In this document: in pieces, positions 59,218 through 64,000 of the stretch | Numbering within the stretch: the stretch's first letter is position 1 | Layout: the number at the start of each line of letters is the position of its first letter | DNA from: an uncultured Gammaproteobacteria bacterium | Lineage (GTDB): Bacteria; Patescibacteriota; Microgenomatia; Levybacterales; UBA12049 | Direction: 5' to 3' | NCBI GenBank assembly: GCA_964483115.1 | Contig: CAYZZF010000002.1 | Location: 5,493-69,492, forward strand | DNA: 64,000 bases | Program-made: the position numbers and the translations under genes | Notes under the pieces: model-generated | The model's database searches: none | The model's input: the letters and a program-made list of their open reading frames with translations, nothing else | What the model was told of the DNA's origin: nothing

Positions 59218-60518
59218 TATAAAAAGCTTATTGGAAAAAGAGTAGCTGATTCTCTTCCCTTTTTAAGATTATACATGCTCTCACTGTACAATGTATAGAG
59301 GATTTCTCCGCTTTTGACTTTTTCCCCAATCTTTTTATTCAAAAAAATTCCTGATCCTTTTTGAATTGGAGCTCCCAAAAATTTTGCGACAACAGTCAGA
59401 TTTTCGCTATTTACACTTTTTACAATGCCATTTTTTGTCGCTCTTAGTTTAAATGAGAATTTTCCTGGTTTTAGATTTCTGCTGTCTATATTTGGATTCC
59501 CTCCTTGTTCTTTGATTATTTCCTTTATCTTTTTTAAAGCAAGGCCGCTTTTTAAGATTGCTCTTGCCCAACCAAAACCGTCTTTATATTTGCTTCTAAC
59601 ACTTTCATTAAGATTTTTTGAAGAATCCTTAAGGCAGAGCTCTAAAAGATTGCCTGCAAGATCAATACTTCTTTTTTCAAGATCATTAGGCCGGTTTGGT
59701 TTTTGTTCAAGCACTCTTAATGCTTCTTGAGTTTCTAAAATAGGGCCAACACCGCGGCCTGCCGGTTCGTCAGTCTTATGAATTAAAACTTTTATTTTTA
59801 TATTAAACTTTTTAGCCAAAAATCCAAATTTGTCTTTTAGAATTTCGGCGTCTTTTATTCTATGTACTTTTACCATTCTCCCATATGGAAGATCTATCAC
59901 CACATGGTTTGAACCAAAAGCAACCTTCTTGGCCATTATAGAAACTAAGATCTTGTCAAAACTTTCAAAAAGCAGGGGCTTTTCAACATTTATTATTACG
60001 TCATCAGCAGGTGCAATGCTAAAAGTCCCTCCCCAAACAATACAGCCGTTTGTCTTTTCTACAATTTTATAAATTTTGTCTTTTGGTAATTCAACCGGCG
60101 ATAGTACTTCCATATCATCAGCCGTTCCACCGGGAGTTGTTATTGCCCTTGATGAGCTTTTGGGAATAGTAAAACCTGCCGTGGCAACAATTGGTACGAC
60201 AATCAAAGTCGTTCTTGTCCCCGGTACCCCGCCAATCGAGTGTTTATCAGCAACAATGCTCTTGTTAAAATCGAGATGTTCTCCTGTATCAACCATAGCG
60301 CGGGTCAAATAATATAGTTCTTTATTGGTAAAACCTTTAGAGTAGCCCGACGCGGCAAAATATGTGGTCAGCACTTCCCCGAGTCTATTTTTTGCTATCT
60401 CATCCATTACAGCGTAGATTTCCTTGTATGTTAATGTTTTGCCAACTAACTTTTTTCTTATAGCATTAAGTGCCTTTCTTAATTCCTCCTCCTCGTTTTT
60501 AAATACTTTTTGTTTCAC
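59217..60518 (-). CDS. AMP phosphorylase-type nucleotide phosphorylase (thymidine phosphorylase family)
   Basis: DKHSIGGVPG.RTT.IVVPIVA, IPKSSSRAIT...GTAD.ME, GCIVWGG...APADD, SIMAKK; GTG start. Confidence 0.88.
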   Translation of the reverse strand: MKQKVFKNEEEELRKALNAIRKKLVGKTLTYKEIYAVMDEIAKNRLGEVLTTYFAASGYSKGFTNKELYYLTRAMVDTGEHLDFNKSIVADKHSIGGVPGTRTTLIVVPIVATAGFTIPKSSSRAITTPGGTADDMEVLSPVELPKDKIYKIVEKTNGCIVWGGTFSIAPADDVIINVEKPLLFESFDKILVSIMAKKVAFGSNHVVIDLPYGRMVKVHRIKDAEILKDKFGFLAKKFNIKIKVLIHKTDEPAGRGVGPILETQEALRVLEQKPNRPNDLEKRSIDLAGNLLELCLKDSSKNLNESVRSKYKDGFGWARAILKSGLALKKIKEIIKEQGGNPNIDSRNLKPGKFSFKLRATKNGIVKSVNSENLTVVAKFLGAPIQKGSGIFLNKKIGEKVKSGEILYTLYSESMYNLKKGRESATLFPISFL

Positions 60519-60664
60519 CCTGCCCCTCCTTTTATCTGCTTTACTGCCAAAGCTATAATGCCTTTTAGCAAAGAGAGTATAAAATAAATTGCAGAGTTGA
60601 TAATCCGATAAATAGTCGGCCAGATTTGAACCAGAATTGCTTTTAATCTATTTTCTTGTTGCAT
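60515..60664 (-). CDS. 49-aa small hydrophobic/amphipathic protein (below the ORF-track cut-off)
   Basis: MQQENRLKAILVQIWPTIYRIINSAIYFILSLLKGIIALAVKQIKGGAG*; starts 3 nt after the sortase stop, and its TGA overlaps the next GTG. Confidence 0.65.
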   Translation of the reverse strand: MQQENRLKAILVQIWPTIYRIINSAIYFILSLLKGIIALAVKQIKGGAG

Positions 60665-60667
60665 AAT

Positions 60668-61396
60668 TTAAATCTTCTCTAATCTTGCTTTCATAATAAG
60701 TCTTTTCCAAGTCGTTCCAGGAGGAGTACAAGTAACAAGAGTTAGATAAGAATTACTATAGTCTTGAGAAAATATCGAGATATCATCTGGATTAACGACA
60801 TTTATATTAAAAATTCTATAAAGATAAATCACCCCATCTACATTAACATAAACTACATCACCTTCTTGTAAGTTATATAAAGTTGCAAAGATTGTTTTGT
60901 AGTCCTTTGGATTAAAAAGCTGAGGAAGCGTTGAATGCCCAAATATTACAGCATTACCTTTATCAGGCGGAATTGCAGTCCCCTGATAGTTTACCAGATG
61001 CCTAGCAAGATCGTTATCGGTTGTTGAGACAACCGCATCTTTTATATTAAGTTTTGGGATGGAGATACTATATGTTGGAATTTTGGGCTTTTTCCCTAAG
61101 GAGGGACGGTAGCTTGGGAACCAGTTCTGCGCATTAGTATAATCCACTCCTGTTATTGTATTTTGAGCCTGATAGATTAAACTGCTAATCTCAGAAGTTA
61201 CAACATTGGTTTTTGGTATTGAGGTTGTAAAATCTTTCATGGTTGTCTTCCCTGAAAAATATATTTGCCATGACAATATAGGATAAAAAATATAAAAGAC
61301 AATAGTAAGCCCAAAAAACAGAAAAAGAAGGCTTAGGATGCGAAAAAATTTTTTGCGACTTTTTGTGTTTCTCTTAAAGTAGTAATATTTACTCAT
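60668..61396 (-). CDS. Sortase
   Basis: N-terminal TM; I.IPKL, GN.VIFGHS, F..L..L..GD, LTLVTCTP, KRL (His/Cys/Arg triad). Confidence 0.92.
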   Translation of the reverse strand: MSKYYYFKRNTKSRKKFFRILSLLFLFFGLTIVFYIFYPILSWQIYFSGKTTMKDFTTSIPKTNVVTSEISSLIYQAQNTITGVDYTNAQNWFPSYRPSLGKKPKIPTYSISIPKLNIKDAVVSTTDNDLARHLVNYQGTAIPPDKGNAVIFGHSTLPQLFNPKDYKTIFATLYNLQEGDVVYVNVDGVIYLYRIFNINVVNPDDISIFSQDYSNSYLTLVTCTPPGTTWKRLIMKARLEKI

Positions 61397-63617
61397 TGAT
61401 TCTGATTGTAATTTTTATGTTGCCTGGTAGTATCGGAAGCATTTTGGGAATAAACGGCAGGCTAAAGTAAGACATTACATTAACATTTGAAACCTCAGGT
61501 ATTTTTGATAATATCTCCTGAGCTTGTTTTACAGACTTCCCGCTGATCTCCTTCCTTATTTTTTTATCATTAATTTTTGGTTTAACTATCGCCGTGATGG
61601 TAAGATTTGCAGAAACATCTTTATTTTCCTGCTGTCTTACATCCTTTGTTTCAACTCTTATATCAGTCGGGTCAATAGCAAGATCATTGGAAGTTTCATT
61701 TTTAAGAAGCGTTTGCGAAAATGAGATAAGATCATTTTTTGCATAAGAAATCCCTTGATATCCGACAGAACCCTTAAGCGTTACCTCGCTTGCCTCGTCT
61801 CCTACATTCTTATCGAAATTTTTATTATCAATTTTTGTATTTATAAAAACAGGAAGAAGAGTTTTATCATTGGATATCTTTTTTGAAAGGTCGTCCCTTG
61901 CCTTTTGTTCTAATTTTTTAGGCAGGTCGGCAAGTAATTTTGCCACATCATCTTTTGACACAACTTTTATATTTTTTTTTGTGCCTCCAGAAAAAGGATT
62001 GTCGTTTTTAGCGGCAATTGAGAGACTTTCTCCTATTGAAAATTTAACATTTGAAGGTAAATTATATTCCGTACCAATTTTAGTGGCAGTAACAGACATG
62101 TTGGCTTTGCCAGGAGTCGTACCTGTAAATATATCCCCCGATGCAGAAGATACAGTCACATTTTTGTCAAGAACAAATTCCAAACCATTACTAGAGGTTA
62201 TTGAGGTGTCTGATGATAGAGTTTGTGGGTCTGTGGAGTTGTTAAAAATTGTTACTGTTCCTTTTGCTTTCGTCCCTGTCTCTTTTTCCCCAGTCACAGC
62301 CGTAGAAATGCTTCCGTCCTCTGATATAGATGCAAGCTCGGCAGAAATAATACTTTTTGAAGGATTGGTAGTTGCCGATATAGAGAAGATAACATTTTGA
62401 TTCTGCTTTACAGTTTTTGGATTTATAGTAAGTGAAACCTCTGCTCGGGTTACAAATACATAAAGCAAAATAACAAGAATGATAACAGCGACAATAGGGA
62501 TTAAAAATCTAGTCTGATTTTTGGGAAGTATAGATAAACCCCTTTTTACAGGATTTTTTTTAAGATTTTTAAAAAGCCTAAAAAGAATGTCCCTTACGCC
62601 AAGAAGAATCATAGATGCAGTTTGTGGCAGTTGTTTTTTTTGAGCTTCCTCAAGTTCTTCTTCTGGGATTTCGGCAATTTGTTCGCCCACAATTTCTTGC
62701 GGGATTTGCGGCTCTTCTTTTTTGGGTGGGGGTTTCTTGGCAACATCTTTATTCTCAACAAATCCGAGATATTCTGAAGATACCTCTTCTGTTTCCCTAA
62801 GACCTTCTTTTCTCTTTTTTTCTAAACTTTCTTCTTCGATAAATTCTTCTTGTAGCTCTTCTTCAAAGACTTCAAAACCCATTTGAGTTGCCGCGCCAAA
62901 TAATACCGCTCTTGCGTCGAATTCATCGGCCAAGGTTGTTACCTGGGGAATATGGAGAAATGGCAGACTCTTGCCCCAGCGGTGATTTATAAATTCTTGG
63001 GTTATATCTTCGTCTGCGTCAAAAATTGTAATGCGAGATGGAAGAATCTCAGAAGATGTAAAATGTTTTAGAAGAGTATCAACTGTTAAAGCAGGTGAAT
63101 CAGGGATTTCTGAGGTTTTTGTTTCTGTTATCCTTCCGGCTCTAACCAGCGCAACCGAGACAAACTTCTTTCCTATTTCAACAAGAATTGTTGAAACGGG
63201 TGCACCTTCTTCTTTTGCAAGAAGGTGGGCTATAGCTTCAAAGATTACCAAAAAACCTATTGGCTCAAGGCCTAGCTCATCACTTACCTTTTTGAGTTTT
63301 AAAAGATAGTCCCTTTTTATTTTGTTGTCTTCAACCCAAGTCTCCTTGACACCAAAAATTGTTTTTATAGTCTTTGATTCTGTTGGAAGGAACTGTTCTG
63401 CAGTTGATACTGTTTTATCTAAAACCTCAAGTAATTCATCTATTGACGCATCCTCAATCGAATTTTTGAAGTGCTCTTTGTGTTTACCAACGACCCGAAT
63501 TTTACCCGAGAGTTCCTCGAAGATTACGGCATTTGCCTCTTCATTTCGAAGAACTAAGGCTAGAAAATATTCCGGTTTTTCTTTTCTCTCCAAAAAGGGC
63601 AGGGAAGGTAGTTTCAT
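61389..63617 (-). CDS. Bitopic protein with an actin/FtsA-like N-domain and a baseplate J/gp47-like extracellular domain
   Basis: N-terminal IFG....WV and ILVEIG...VSV pattern; acidic linker; TM; TG.K..G.KA.G.VTI.N, VTA...G.EYN, N...F.GG. Confidence 0.6.
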   Translation of the reverse strand: MKLPSLPFLERKEKPEYFLALVLRNEEANAVIFEELSGKIRVVGKHKEHFKNSIEDASIDELLEVLDKTVSTAEQFLPTESKTIKTIFGVKETWVEDNKIKRDYLLKLKKVSDELGLEPIGFLVIFEAIAHLLAKEEGAPVSTILVEIGKKFVSVALVRAGRITETKTSEIPDSPALTVDTLLKHFTSSEILPSRITIFDADEDITQEFINHRWGKSLPFLHIPQVTTLADEFDARAVLFGAATQMGFEVFEEELQEEFIEEESLEKKRKEGLRETEEVSSEYLGFVENKDVAKKPPPKKEEPQIPQEIVGEQIAEIPEEELEEAQKKQLPQTASMILLGVRDILFRLFKNLKKNPVKRGLSILPKNQTRFLIPIVAVIILVILLYVFVTRAEVSLTINPKTVKQNQNVIFSISATTNPSKSIISAELASISEDGSISTAVTGEKETGTKAKGTVTIFNNSTDPQTLSSDTSITSSNGLEFVLDKNVTVSSASGDIFTGTTPGKANMSVTATKIGTEYNLPSNVKFSIGESLSIAAKNDNPFSGGTKKNIKVVSKDDVAKLLADLPKKLEQKARDDLSKKISNDKTLLPVFINTKIDNKNFDKNVGDEASEVTLKGSVGYQGISYAKNDLISFSQTLLKNETSNDLAIDPTDIRVETKDVRQQENKDVSANLTITAIVKPKINDKKIRKEISGKSVKQAQEILSKIPEVSNVNVMSYFSLPFIPKMLPILPGNIKITIRINE

Positions 63618-63620
63618 AAA

Positions 63621-64000
63621 TTAGTCATGGACTTTGGCATAAATTCTTCTTTGCCCATACCCAATATTTTCTTGCTTTATTATCTTAAACCTTTTGAGTC
63701 GTCCTGTAAAATCAACATGCGGCCCTCCGCAAAATTCTTTAGAATAGTCGCCTATAAAATATACTTTTACTTTATCTTCATATTTTTCATCAAAAAGTCC
63801 TATTGCCCCAAGTTTTTTTGCTCTATCAAGAGGCATTATTTCAAAATGAACAGGCAGATTCTCTTCTATCTTTTTATTTACAATGTCTTCTACTTTTGTA
63901 ATTTCACCATCGCTTAGTTTTCTTTCAAAATTAAAATCAAATCTCACCCGCTCAGTTGTGATATTTGAGCCTGTTTGGAAGACATGATTTCCCAAGACAT
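63621..64000 (-). CDS. alaS: Alanine--tRNA ligase, C-terminal editing/SAD region (partial)
   Basis: Q.GSNIT.ER.RFDF, GAIGLF..KY...V.VY, SKEFCGGPHV, G.RRI; stand-alone AlaX cannot be excluded. Confidence 0.8.
   Translation of the reverse strand, partial: VLGNHVFQTGSNITTERVRFDFNFERKLSDGEITKVEDIVNKKIEENLPVHFEIMPLDRAKKLGAIGLFDEKYEDKVKVYFIGDYSKEFCGGPHVDFTGRLKRFKIIKQENIGYGQRRIYAKVHD

Noticed and set aside
61389-63617. Prophage or contractile injection system suggested by the baseplate-J-like domain
   Set aside because: No sheath, tube, terminase, capsid or integrase genes; the gene is embedded in a housekeeping operon.

Overview
AT-rich, gene-dense chromosomal segment of a bacterium that looks like a CPR/Patescibacteria member of the Microgenomates type. 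The basis is inference: short IF2, truncated AlaRS, archaeal-type AMP phosphorylase, VirB2/VirB6-like genes, a sortase with Pro/Thr-rich surface proteins, and genetic code 11. Housekeeping genes are pcrA (partial), tpiA, rpsT, murJ, lepA, groES-groEL, tatD, metG, hrcA-grpE-dnaK-dnaJ, nusA-infB, rpsO-pnp, rnj, ftsK, mltG and alaS (partial). The window also has two envelope-glycosylation clusters, pilN/pilO and two pseudogenes. I found no rRNA, tRNA, CRISPR array or transposase. Four observations stand out. (1) A six-gene cluster at 34982-44580 encodes a pilin-like protein, a VirB6-like membrane protein, two Clp/Hsp100 ATPases without a ClpP-docking loop (one membrane-anchored with a degenerate first ATPase module) and a secreted M64-like protease; it is a candidate secretion/attachment machine. 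(2) Heptamer-periodic inverted-repeat elements and small GC-rich palindromes are dispersed between genes and sit in-frame inside conserved genes such as lepA and rnj. (3) A Lon AAA+ module has no protease domain and no aromatic pore loop. (4) Extended -10 boxes lie 6-12 nt from many start codons, which suggests leaderless mRNAs. All family assignments come from motif recognition by eye; no database search was run.
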